From Ascidiella aspersa (taxonomy: Eukaryota): DNA of 64,000 nucleotides. Positions 12,096 through 23,465 of this stretch are shown piece by piece. The notes under the pieces were generated by a model, which was given only the letters and a program-made list of their open reading frames with translations, was not told the origin of the DNA and made no database searches. Position 1 is the stretch's first letter, and every line of letters begins with the position of its first letter. The position numbers and the translations under genes are program-made. The stretch is from assembly GCA_963924565.1 (NCBI GenBank), contig OZ004613.1, forward strand, positions 21,266,001-21,330,000, read 5' to 3'.

Positions 12096-14620
12096 TTACA
12101 GAGTTTTTGAAATCATTTTTCGGATGCAATACACCATGAATATTGTAATTCCCTGAAGCCCGTTAATTGACGTGTGGATGTACGTCAGCACAAGTGACGT
12201 CACTGAATTTCCGAGACCTGACGCAACAATAAGGCGGCTGTTTATACAGAATGTTGCATTGTCGTTATGTTGATGGTTTTTCCAAACACTATAAGCAACA
12301 CTAACCAAAAATATGCATGCAAAATCACGTTATATAAACGTGCAAAATCAGTCGACACAAACGTTTAAGAATAATTTTTAAACGTCTAAAAATCACTTTA
12401 TACAAACATGCAAATTTACGTTGTACCTGTAAAAAATCAAAGACCCCAGCTCGATCCGGGAACCAGCATGACAAAAACGAAGGAAGAAATGAACTTCTTT
12501 GCATTTTCCATCTCTTCTCCTTGTCTCCGCTCCTCCCTACCCTTGAATGGGAGCGCTGCATAAGCTGCGATTAGAGATGCCAAGAAGTTCACCAGCAGAA
12601 CAATACCGAGCGGGACAGTCACCGAGAGAACGTACACCAATATACCGGGATCCAACCAGCATCTGCCGTACTTCAGCATTCCCTGTTGAATGAAACATTA
12701 CAAGTTTTAAGGCAGAATAAATGAACACCAGTTTATATTGGTTCGGCAGTAATTTATCTATTTAAACCAACGTGAATTTTAAGGTCCGTTTAAATGATTA
12801 TACAGTTTTGATAGTTATCCTTTATCTCAATTTTTTACCTGTTGATATTGCGGCACTTTTCGTAGTGGATGCTGGGCTTTATGTAGTCTTCCGAATACAA
12901 CAGGCTGTAACGAGCGCCGAGCCAACTATCAGTCTGCTGTAAGTCTGGTGCCGCCTTGATAGGTTAACCCTATTCAAATACAAACGGTATTGTTCAACGA
13001 AATGTCTAATTGATGAAAGGCGTGTTATGCATGTTATGTTTATTTCGTATGTGTCACAGCCGCTTTGCCTTAAATTGAGGATCTTAAAGACCAGTTTTCT
13101 AAGGGCCAAATAAAACCATGCATTTTTTCAATTATTAGATCAGAGTGCTCTAAGTTTAACAGGAGTTTTAGTATATTTATATTTGTTACGTCATAATAGT
13201 AGATCCGCCCTGCACTGAATGCATAGAAAACGTAAGATCAGTAAGGAATAAATCACTTGCAGATGTCCGAAGAAAACTGAAGCCAATTAAACATAGAACG
13301 ATAATCATTCTTTGGTGTTTGCGGAAATTGATTAGGAAATGGTAAAGACGACTCACCCGTCCTTAAGCTGTTTCTCGCCAAACAACTGGCCAACTTTAGC
13401 TCTTGTGATGTTTCTATCTTTAGCAGCACAGCTCGTGGATCAACTGTTTTGCAATAAACTTTAGCAGCCGACTGGTTCATTACTCTTTCCTTTAACCAAT
13501 AAAACTTATTTGTGTAAGGAGGGACGCCGGAGAGGGGGGGGCGCGGGGGGCAAGCGTCCCTCCTGCCCTTTGTTAAGGGGGGCAAGGGGGGGAAAAGTGC
13601 CCTATTCATGAAAAATGATATATTGCTTTCACAACGTTAAATATTACGCGACGGAAATCATAAAGGGGTAGGGATTGAGCTACGGAAAAATGCAAAAAAA
13701 TTCGTAAAATGACATGCTTGACATTTGTAAAACATTTTTGATACCATTTTAAGCCAATCTAGAGGGCGTGGCGGCAAAAAATTTTCCGGGGGAATTTATT
13801 GTTCCCTTAAACTAGTGCAGCATGGAAGGTTGCCAGGTGCGCCATGGCCAGTAGAAAAATATTCCACACATATTTTTACCATTTAAATTTTTTTCTCTCA
13901 AAGCTTAGCTTGTTGATCCCCAAGTTCTTTTAAGATAATTCAACTATAAGGCCTATAATGTAAAAACTTGCAAGCAATTTACAAGAAACGGCAATCAGCA
14001 CTATAAGACTTACTAAAAATCATAGATGAAATGATTACTTGTCACATGCGAGACAGACATATATGCTTTGTTAGAAATGGGAATATATTGAATAGAATAG
14101 AACATTAACCGCTTTTTGATAAGACAAAGTTTGGACGAACCCGGTTTGATTCATTGACTCAGAATCTGTTACAATTGAAAGAGTGATCAATAAATATAAG
14201 GTTACGAAACAATTACCGCAGTTGAAGAATTTATCATTTAATACAGAAGAAAGAAACAACTGACATTTTTTATTATAATAAAGTCCAATATATTATGTTT
14301 AAATCTTTTAAAATAACAAAATTACCACTAAATAACAACTTACGATTGTATTGGCAATTTGGTTTTTTTGTTGCGGAATACGTTCACAATCGAAGTAAAC
14401 TCCACTCTATTGTTGCCATTATACAAAGAAGCAGAACAATTTATGTATTTGTCGCACAACTTTCCACCACATGCCACTGTAACCAACAAAAATAAGTTGT
14501 ATATTTAATATAAATTACTTATTAACCACTAAGTAAAGTTATCTCACCTGTATTAACAGTGTAGCTCCAATAACTAAGAAACACCAACAAACAAAATGAC
14601 AGTTACCAAACCCACCGCAT
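12096..14620 (-). pseudogene. Decayed adhesion-class GPCR gene with an N-terminal C-type lectin domain
   Basis: Signal-peptide exon 14620-14548 reads MRWVW*LSFCLLVFLSYWSYTVNT (TAA at 14605-14603). Exon 14476-14344 is open. CTLD exon ~13519-13357 (KFYWLKERVMNQSAAKVYCKTVDPRAVLLKIETSQEL) abuts a GC-rich insertion. Exon 12682-12427 has family-B TM5/TM6 motifs (RCWLDPG..VPLGIVLLVNFL..VPGSSWGL*FFT, TGA at 12439-12437). The exon from 12217 has a TM7 motif (YIHTSINGLQGITIFMVYC). No GAIN domain or TM1-4 exons were found. Confidence 0.7.
13519..13610. mobile_element. GC-rich MITE-like end inserted into the C-type-lectin exon
   Basis: Abrupt switch to G-run sequence (agggacgccggagagggggggg...aaaagtgccc) exactly where CTLD coding sequence stops; it produces the spurious N-terminus of ORF 13253..13609. 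Confidence 0.55.
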
Positions 14621-14979
14621 CTTCACGAATACACTTTATCTTTATACACCAACTAGGCGTTATTTAATTTTAAATACAAACTGTCGGAATACAAAATCGT
14701 TGAAAAGAACAACAATGTCGGCAGGAAAGCATTGTAGCGACACTTCGTCATTTTAGTTGTAGATATTACAACGAAACAAGGCCTTTTAATGTAAGACAAC
14801 TTCAAGGATTTTTCTCAGAGAAACCTTAATTAATCAAAAACATGTTTTCTTGAAGAAAAACAGGTTTCTTACAAAATCACAACTAGACTGTCTGCTCTTC
14901 TTTCTTAATTGCTGCCCCTGCATTGTATAACAGATTTAAATACAAATTAAGATTCCTAACGTCTTATGTGCATCCACAC

Positions 14980-15782
14980 AGGATCAAGTCGCTAATTTAT
15001 CGAGAAAAAAAAATGCTATTGATGTGCTAATAAACCTTTCCCCGCCAACGAATGAAGCCCGAATTGTTAGACGGTACCCCCCCCCCCCCCACAGATTCAG
15101 GCTTCGCACATCAAAGGCCAGTAGATATCTTTTCACTCCCAAAGGCATATCAAGAAAAAATAGAAATGCGAAAATCACGCAAAAGAAGATGTGCCACCGT
15201 GCTTACAAGTTCTCCCTACAAGAACACTTTGGCAGCGTCTAAGTCGCCCGTATCTAAGCAGTTATTCGTGAGAAGAGAAAATAAAAATGTAAAGACTGCA
15301 TCCAAGCAAGTTACAAAACGAAGGAAGCAAGCTTCGTGCAAACGTGCTTTAACAGAAGACCCAGAGTGTTTTTACTGCAACGAATTGTATTCTCTTTCTT
15401 GTGCTGGCGATGGGTGGATCCAGTGTTCCCAATGTAAACGATGGGCACATGAAGCATGCAGTGGATGGAGTAAAGAGGATGGCAACTTTGTGTGCGAATT
15501 TTGTTTGTAAATTGTGAATGGTGTAGTCAAGGATGTATTAAAATATCGTCCTAGACGCTGGTCCACTTTGCCCTTACATGTCGGGGTAAAGTGGACTTTC
15601 AAGGGGTTTGAAAAACAGGCAGTAAGATTTTAACGGGTACCCTTTTCAAACAAATAATCACGTGTAAATAGAGATGTGGTATGCCACTTTTGGTAGAATA
15701 CGATAAACATTCATTTTTCAAAAGAGGGGGTGAACCCTGTCATAATAGGTCTCAGGGAGTCCGCTTTACCCACATTTCCCCT
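14980..15782 (+). mobile_element. 3' remnant of a DNA transposon (pogo/DDE_1-like) whose transposase ends in a PHD finger
   Basis: ORF 15052..15510 has a basic linker (VLTSSPYK) and a C-terminal C4HC3 PHD (CFYC..WIQCSQCKRWAHEAC..FVCEFC). A subterminal palindrome gtccactttgccc..ggggtaaagtggac lies at ~15561-15596, and a TIR-like end tttacccacatttcccc is followed by TA at ~15766-15783. The catalytic core and left end are missing. Confidence 0.65.
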
Positions 15783-16001
15783 ACATGATGTAACTGACGG
15801 CTCAAGGCACTTTATATAATATATCGCACAGGCGAGGGCTTTAACGCAATTCATATGCATATCTGATTTATTAAACTGTATACATAAATACCAGGGGTGG
15901 AATCCAGGAGGGGTTCCAGGGGGGAGGTGGTCGTTGACCCCTACAAACTCCATTTCTGCATTTTTTACTACGAAAATACAATTTATTTTGCGATTCGCGA
16001 A

Positions 16002-16342
16002 TTAGTGATGTCCGTTAATATCGGATAGGAGCCGATACCCGATACCAAGTGGTATTATTGCTTTTCTCCGATACTAGAGTGGTATCGGTGCCGATCCGAT
16101 ACCAAATTAATATAGGAATTCAGCCATAGTTGCGTTCCAATGCCGATATTTTTATTTTGAAAGGTATATTATTTACAACTTATAGAAACCACAACTCTAA
16201 AGCAAATTTACGCATATTAATCTACAAAAAACACGTTTGAACGCTTTATACTTTGACCTTTTGTGCTTGTTTAGTATAGTAATGTAATTTGGTATCGTAT
16301 AGGATTGCAATACTTATCGTCACAAATATCGGATGTTGGAAT
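16002..16342. mobile_element. MITE with TAG termini and GATACC/GGTATC subterminal repeats
   Basis: Inverted ends tagtgatgtcc ... ggacatctcta; related partial copies at ~23810-23890 and ~36033-36133. Confidence 0.55.
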
Positions 16343-17631
16343 AAAATGTATTGGACATCTCTACTGATTATCTTAACTTGTTTTTTAGTCTGACTTAGCC
16401 CATAATGTTAAAATCCTTTTTCCCCAAAGTCGTCAAACGTCTCATCGCATCCCACAAAAAACTTAAGTTTATTTTCGAAGATTGCGGTTCGTCAATGGAA
16501 TCCAGTTGTTCTAAAACTTTTTAAGCTTGCGACTCTGTAAAGAAATATCAAATATCAAGGCACCGTTGTTTGAAAATCTATCTTTACTTAAAAGTCCGAA
16601 ACCAATATAACTCACCCGTATTACGCGGAAAAGTAAATACCCGGTACCACAAAACTTTCAGTTAATCACAAACTGAATGTGTAAAATATGAAGGATCTTC
16701 CCTCCCACACACGTAAATGACGACAATGATTTTGAATGGGAGCAAATATTTGGACTTTACTGTCTTAATTAAAGTCTGTTATTTATAAGCACCGACTTTG
16801 CTTAAGACAAGAAAATCCAAATTACGAACATTAACTTTGAGTTAACTCACTAAGGTTTAGGCTTGCGTCAGTTTCTGTTTTATGTTTTTTCTGGAATTCT
16901 GTTTGTCACATATTAACGCGTTATGCAAACACATTTCTGCAAGTTAAACTGTTATTGGCTAGCAATCACGATGACGTATTTAAAACAGTTGGAATGTTGG
17001 CGACCTCTAGCGTAATCGAAAAAATTTTGTTTGAAATATCCAAATGTAGTGTTTATTCGTTTTTATTTTGACCTGATATAAATATAAAAGCTACAAAATA
17101 TGCAGAACCACAATCGCAATAAATAATCTTAATTTATTGCAAAATCAGCTAAAGACGTCTATTTTAGTGCAACGGGTTATTAAAATTCACTCCGGGGTTA
17201 CTCGAGGTCACACACAATTACTCTACTGGACTGGCTGTAACCCTTTATGTGACGTATAAAAGGCAGTTTTCGATACGTTATATTTTATTGGTATGAATTT
17301 TATACTTTTTGAAATCGATTTGATTTTGACTCAATTTTGAAATCGATTTGATTTTGACTCAATGTGTAAACTTTGACAAAATTTTGACTTTTTAAAGTCA
17401 AGATAATTGCCTTAGACATCAATTTTCAGTCATCACTTATCACCCCTTTTACATTAAAATCACTACTCACAATCCCAATATTTAAAACTGGGCAATTATA
17501 AGCACACTATTGCTATTAACAATGTATGTTAGCGCTTCTTAATCACTGCGCGGCCGCCAAAAGTGGATAAAATCTTCTAAAATATAAAACATACGTTTTT
17601 ATCAATTTTAACGTTCGCCATTGGCCTAGCT

Positions 17632-17926
17632 CAGGGATGTCCAACATTTTATTATAGTGGGCCGCATTGACACTTGAAATAATTTAATGGGCCGCAGAAC
17701 CTATTAAGTTTCAAGATTAAGTATTGGTCTTTAGAGGTATATATGTATATATATATTTTACCCATATTATACTATTAATGCGCCCCTAAAAGCTGACTAG
17801 TACATTTTAATTAGGCTAATATTGAACGTTTAAAATACTACTTGGGAGTGAAAATGACTAGCGGGACGCACAAAAATTTCAGGCGGGCCGCAATGTGGCC
17901 CGCGGGCCGCAGGTTAGACATCCCTG
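17632..17926. mobile_element. hAT (Charlie-like) MITE
   Basis: TIRs cagggatgtccaac / gttagacatccctg; perfect 8-bp TSD gcctagct (17624-17631, 17927-17934). Confidence 0.9.
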
Positions 17927-18859
17927 GCCTAGCTCATTCATCCAGCAGTTATTTAAAGATAAAGCAACTAAAGGAGCTAAAAATGCCCTTTACACTTACA
18001 GGAATGGAATTGCGACTAAATGGAAATATCATATCTCCATGGAATTGCCAGATGTAATGAAAAAACGCTGTTCTCGATCACACTCGGACTGAAGTCCTTA
18101 AACGAAATAATTTCGTTTGTTTAGTATAAATTGACAAAGCTAATATATAAGGAGACATAATGAATTGGGCAAACAAAAAAAAAATTGTACATTGCTCGAA
18201 AATATATGGCCCTTCTCAAAATGTTTTCGAGACATTTATGTAACGAAAACGAAACATTTATACATAAACTTTTACTTCATTATCAAGTAAGTTGCGATGC
18301 ACAGCCAAACTCGTACATAGATTGTAACTGAAGTCGATTCTACATACAAAGCGTTGGATCGGCCTAATGAAAATTAGCTTGCTTTTCAAAGGGTTGTTAT
18401 TAGGGTAATATAACAACAACTTTTTTATGACATTAACGTATAACGCAATCTCTGAAAGCTGACATGCCTACCCTTGTTGGACGCAATTGATAATGTTTTT
18501 ATGGCGCAAAATCTTTCACTTCACACAACGAACAAATCAGAATGTTTTATTGAAAGCAACACGTCCACGATTGAACGCTGTTGTAAATAAATTGCTGTTT
18601 GGTAGGGAAACATAACAAACAGACATTTATTTTGACATGTAATCAAAATATTGTATTGTGGCATTTAAATAGGTCCTTTGTAAAAACGGCAACACAACAC
18701 CGTATAGTCAAAAGTTAAGTTGTGGGAACAATTCTGGTTTGCAACAGCTTTTACCACGTAGCAAAATAACGCTCATAGAGATACAAAGATAGGTCCATCA
18801 AAGGCATCACATGTATGAAGTCACGCAATTAATAACTAAACAAAACAGAACTCCTCTTA

Positions 18860-20194
18860 TCACGTTCTGTGTATAAAATAATAATCAATAGCAGTAGAAA
18901 AGAGAGCAAAGCTGATTCCGCCAAGAAGGGCCGGCTTGATGCCAGCTCGTAGCCCAATAAGCCCTCCAGTCACAAAACCAGAATAGGAGCTGTTTTTGAT
19001 ATCTGCCACTCCACGATACTACAAAATATCACAATTAAACCTTAAAACTCATATTTGTAACAACACATATGTTTTACCTAAATATTATATCGAAATTGGA
19101 TTGTTATACAAAATGCATAAACATATAATATATATTCATAGAGGAGTATAAGTTTCCAAATTACAAGATTGTAAACCACGGCTAATAAAAACAACCTACT
19201 CATTATACAGATGGAAGATAACCAATGATTTCTTTTTAAATAAAGAATTTGGCTTTATAGTCACTTTACCTGTTTTAAATATTGCATGTTTAAAGTGTCT
19301 ATTTAACAACAGTTCAGGGTATATTTAAATATACACTTATTTATTTCAAGGTAATATTGGCCTTACTGATTCAATTGTGCACTCCGCTGCTGAAAACATT
19401 GCGCCAATAACAGCAAAATTTTTTGCATTAGATCCCATTCTTGTCCTCATTTCTTTCAAGGTTTCCTTAACAGTTTGAACCTTTGTAGGGTCTGTATAAC
19501 TTGGTGACTCAATTCCCATTGTGAAGAGTGCGAAAACCACTCCAAACCCTGCACCTGTAAATATAATCATGATTTTGCATTTTCCCACTCTTTAGAAAGA
19601 AGTGCATTATTTCTTAATCTTTTTACTTGTATTTCCGTTTGACCAAGACCCTGTTTTATGTGCCTTACAAATACTTTTACACCAACAGTGTTTCTAGTAA
19701 TGTAGAAACTACCTAAATAATATTTCTTTGAATCCACTTAACACCAAAGGTAAAATTATATATTATATACTCCCCCCCCCCCCCCACGTAAAAAACAAAA
19801 AACAAAAACAAGATGTTCTCTTCAGTCAACAGTAATGGAAATTTCACCCCGAGATGGCTAATTGCACATTGTATTTGTAAATTTCAAGTTATTAAAGAAA
19901 AAATGCAATTACATAATATAAAGAAACTGCATTTGTCTGGAAAGAAAATAGACCATGCGAGTTTTATGCCATACCTGCAACACAGGCAATTGTAGACTTG
20001 AATGCACAACTGTTCATCACCTTTTCTATCCTTATTTCATTTATACTTGGAGTTGGTGTTGCAAAACCGCCAAAACTTGGGTAAGGCTCATTTCGCTTTA
20101 CTTTGTCTGGCCCAACCAGATTCTTAAGAACGGTACTGTAGTTTATGGTGGTAAAATTGTATGACTGTTTGTTTTCACTTGATGGGTCAGTCAT
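18860..20194 (-). CDS. TIMM22: Mitochondrial inner-membrane translocase subunit Tim22, 188 aa, 3 exons
   Basis: Exons 20194-19975, 19554-19367, 19018-18860, GT-AG and in phase (567 nt). Motifs: [71 protein letters not shown]. Confidence 0.95.
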
Positions 20195-20530
20195 ACCCTT
20201 ATTTATGTACTTTACTTTTTATATTAAATAGAATATACCATTGTATCATATATTGCAGGTAAAAATGTTGAATCCTGATCTGTAGGAAACCAATTCAATA
20301 GAAGTTGAGACATATTATATAAAAAATTCTATTTATAAAAAGTATCTCTTTGTCGGACTTATTTGGCCAAGAAACTTTGAATTTCTACTTATGTCCATAA
20401 CTCTTACAAAATCAGTAAAAAAATTAAAAAGAAAATAAATATGGGAGTTAAATACAATAATAATACTTGAGTTAACGAAACCCAAACTTGCATCCTAACC
20501 CTAATAATGTTAGCAATATATACCCTAGAT

Positions 20531-20986
20531 CAGTGGTTCCCAAACTGTGGTACGCGTACCACCGGTGGTACGCGAGAGTCTTTCAGGTGGTACGCGACTA
20601 ACTTCAGCATAACTTGAGGTTTCGCACGTTTATGACGTAACACTTATCTTGTTCAAGATAATTAAACGCTAATTGTTAGCTGGTTTAATATGTATGTAGT
20701 GATAAACTAATAGTGAGCGGTGTAGTATTGTCGTATGTGTTGACCAGCTGGTGAAGAAAAACAACTATCGCATTAAACCTTGGGTTTTGTTTAATTTATT
20801 GCTTCTTTGTCTTCCTGGTATGGCGTTTGGTAAAGTTTAATTCTGCTTACATGCTCATTTTCTTTTGTATAATATGCTAAAATAGTGAAAGTTTGAGAAA
20901 TTCTAGTAAGGTGTAACTTAGGTGGTACATCAACAGTGTACAAAAGCTCAAAATGGTACGCGAGAAAAAAAGTTTGGGAATCACTG
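20531..20986. mobile_element. hAT-type MITE upstream of TIMM22
   Basis: TIRs cagtggttcccaaact / agtttgggaatcactg; perfect TSD ccctagat; repeated subterminal ggtacgcg motif. Confidence 0.9.
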
Positions 20987-21324
20987 CCCTAGATGCAACA
21001 TAAAATGGAACATTCTAGGTCAGTTGTTCCCAAAGACAACCAGCAGATACCACTCTTCGACTTACAAGTAAGGTCTTATCGTCTTACATTAGTGATTGTA
21101 TGGTGCATTTGTATAATATTTTCACTTTTACATATTCTCTTTAACTCTTATCCCCCCATATCAGTGGCAACAAGTGTAACATCACTGGAAAGGTTTAAGG
21201 CCTAACTTAATTTGTTGGTACAGTTGGAAAATATTTTTATCATGTATTATTTGGCTAATATTAATATTTTTTGTTTTGATATTTATAAAATATAGACCGG
21301 TCTTAGTGTGGAGGTAAACTTGTT

Positions 21325-21657
21325 TGGCACTTGAATCCTACCACATTTTCGTTGGCCGGGTATACTGCTCACATTTTGAGTTTGGGTGGGTCAACCAAAA
21401 GGGCACTGTTATAGAATCCTACCACAACAAACATTATTTGGATTAGGGTGCGTGTTAGGTTATTAAATAAAAATACCTGATCAACCCTGAACCAAACACT
21501 AGATCGACACCCTAGCCCAAATATTGTGCGTTGCTCAACGCTATGGTAGGATTCCAGACTGCGCCGGTTCAAGCATTTATCATTATATTTATTTTCGGCG
21601 CTGGTCTTTTATGTAATATTTATTTTCGGCAAGTGGTAGGATACTAGATCAGCGCCG
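21325..21657. repeat. Palindromic MITE-like structure built from the motif GGCGCTG(N)TCTAGAATCCTACCAC (two nested inverted pairs)
   Basis: Forward copies at ~21326-21345 and ~21403-21425; reverse copies at ~21544-21565 and ~21633-21657. Single arms at ~46021-46046 and ~54722-54746. Confidence 0.6.
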
Positions 21658-22274
21658 TTTATTTTGACATCGACATAATAGGATGAGAAGTTGTAGGTTT
21701 TTCTCCTACAACGTTTTTATTAGTTGAAAATTACAGCAACTTGAATGAAAGTTCGGTATGTGAACTGGCGAAACCGCACAGGGCAGATAATACCATTGTC
21801 ATTTCGGCGAAATATTTTTTGTATTTTTCAGAACTTTTGTCAATCCGTTTACCACAATATAGTTTTTCGTTAATCTAAGAACTAAAAAATAACACATTCA
21901 AAAAAATGTAATAGCGAGTTGAATAAACGCTTATAAGAGAACCTATACACCGATATTTTATAAGTTTTCTACTTAGGAAGATTCACTCATATTTATTGCA
22001 GTTTGTATTGCTAATAAACAAAACAAACTAAAATAAAAAAAGTACATACTGTTTGCTGCGATGGCTTTTCGGTGTACTATTGATACGGAAGCCGTAATCG
22101 TTGGTCATAAAGCAACTTCCGAGGGGCTAGATCACAGATGTTATTAAACACATATGTTTGTGTGTGTCTTTCATTGATTGATACGGACTGATGATCCCCC
22201 AGTGTGAAGCTGCTTGTACTAACAAAATGTGCAAGTATTGGCGCATGGTTGTTTCTCGACTCGCTCCTCTCTGA

Positions 22275-22350
22275 GCCTGCATAGCTCAGTTGGTAGAGCG
22301 ACGGTCCCGGCTTGACCGGAGGTCGTGAGTTCGAACCTCACTGCAGGCCA
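22275..22350 (+). mobile_element. tRNA-like Pol III unit (SINE head) between two 121-bp direct repeats
   Basis: Cloverleaf: acceptor GCCTGCA/TGCAGGC, D arm GCTC-AGTTGGTA-GAGC, stem CGGTC/GACCG with loop CCGGCTT, T arm GTGAG-TTCGAAC-CTCAC. A and B boxes are intact and TTTTT follows 5 nt downstream. Direct repeats lie at 22056-22176 and 22404-22524. Confidence 0.75.
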
Positions 22351-22858
22351 GTTGTTTTTCTGGCTTGCTCTGCTTGCATCATAGATCGACAGATTCGGCG
22401 AGTCTGCGATGGCTTTTCGGTGTACTATTGATACGGAAGCCGTAATCGTTGGTCATAAAGCAACTTCCGAGGGGCTAGATCACATATGTTATTAAACACA
22501 TATGTTTGTGTGTGTCTTTCATTGCTTGCTAAAAACTGTATCTCACTTTTTAAACATTTATTGATACAATATCAATGTAACCAATAACCATATATCTTAT
22601 TTTTTCATCAGAAAAGAAAGATTGGCATGGGGAAATACCTTGGGGCTTTTAAAGACGTGACAATAGCAACAATCAATAAAGGAAACGAACAACGAAGCAA
22701 TGGTTTAAGGTACAGTAGTTCACATTCACACAAAGAAAGGTGCTTAAACAAATGTTGTAAAGAAAGTAAAACAATTCCTGATTAATTATCCTAAAAATTT
22801 ACTTTGTGAATTTGAACATTTTACAATTTAATTGTCATGCGATAGTCGAACCTTGACA

Positions 22859-23465
22859 GGCTATAACTTTTTTCCCTTCCCACGATTTTGCAAAAAATTA
22901 CTGTTGAACTACATAATACAACACCTAATAACATAACGTTAGTCACTAACTCATGCCATTCAGATTATGGCAGAAAATTAACTTTTTCGAAGTCCTCTCA
23001 ACGAAGAAAATGCTATATTTTTCGTGCGAAACCTCCCAGTTTGGCGGGCTATAACTTTTTTCCCCTTCCTATGATTTTCCTAAAAATTACTGTTTAACTT
23101 ACTAATACAACACTTAATAACATAACGTTAGTCACTAACTCATGCCATTCAGATTTTTACAGAAAAATAACTTTTTCGAAGGTCCGCTCTACAAGAAAAT
23201 GCTATATTTTTGGAGGAAACCTCCCATTTTGGCGTACTATAACATTTTTTCCCTTCCCGAGATTTTCCTAAAAGTTACTGTTAAACTACCTCATACAACA
23301 CCTAATAACATAACGTTAGTCACAAACTCATGCCATTAAGATTTTTGCAGAAAAATAACATTTTCGAAGGTCCGCTCTACAAGAAAATGCTATATAAGGC
23401 CTATCTACGAAAAATTGCTATATATTTCGTGTTAAACCTCCCATTTTGGCGGACTATAACTTTTT
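22859..23465. repeat. Tandem repeat, ~188-189-bp unit, ~3.2 copies
   Basis: Marker tcatgccatt recurs at 22951, 23140 and 23328; this explains the similar ORFs at 22888, 23142 and 23330. Confidence 0.9.

Noticed and set aside
17326-17362. Short perfect tandem duplications (also ~60454-60517 and ~37313-37355) and poly-C/poly-A runs
   Set aside because: Ordinary slippage products with no sign of function.
22275-22350. Functional tRNA-Ala(GGC) gene
   Set aside because: The anticodon loop lacks U33 and purine 37, there is no G3:U70 pair, and decayed dispersed copies point to a SINE-type family.
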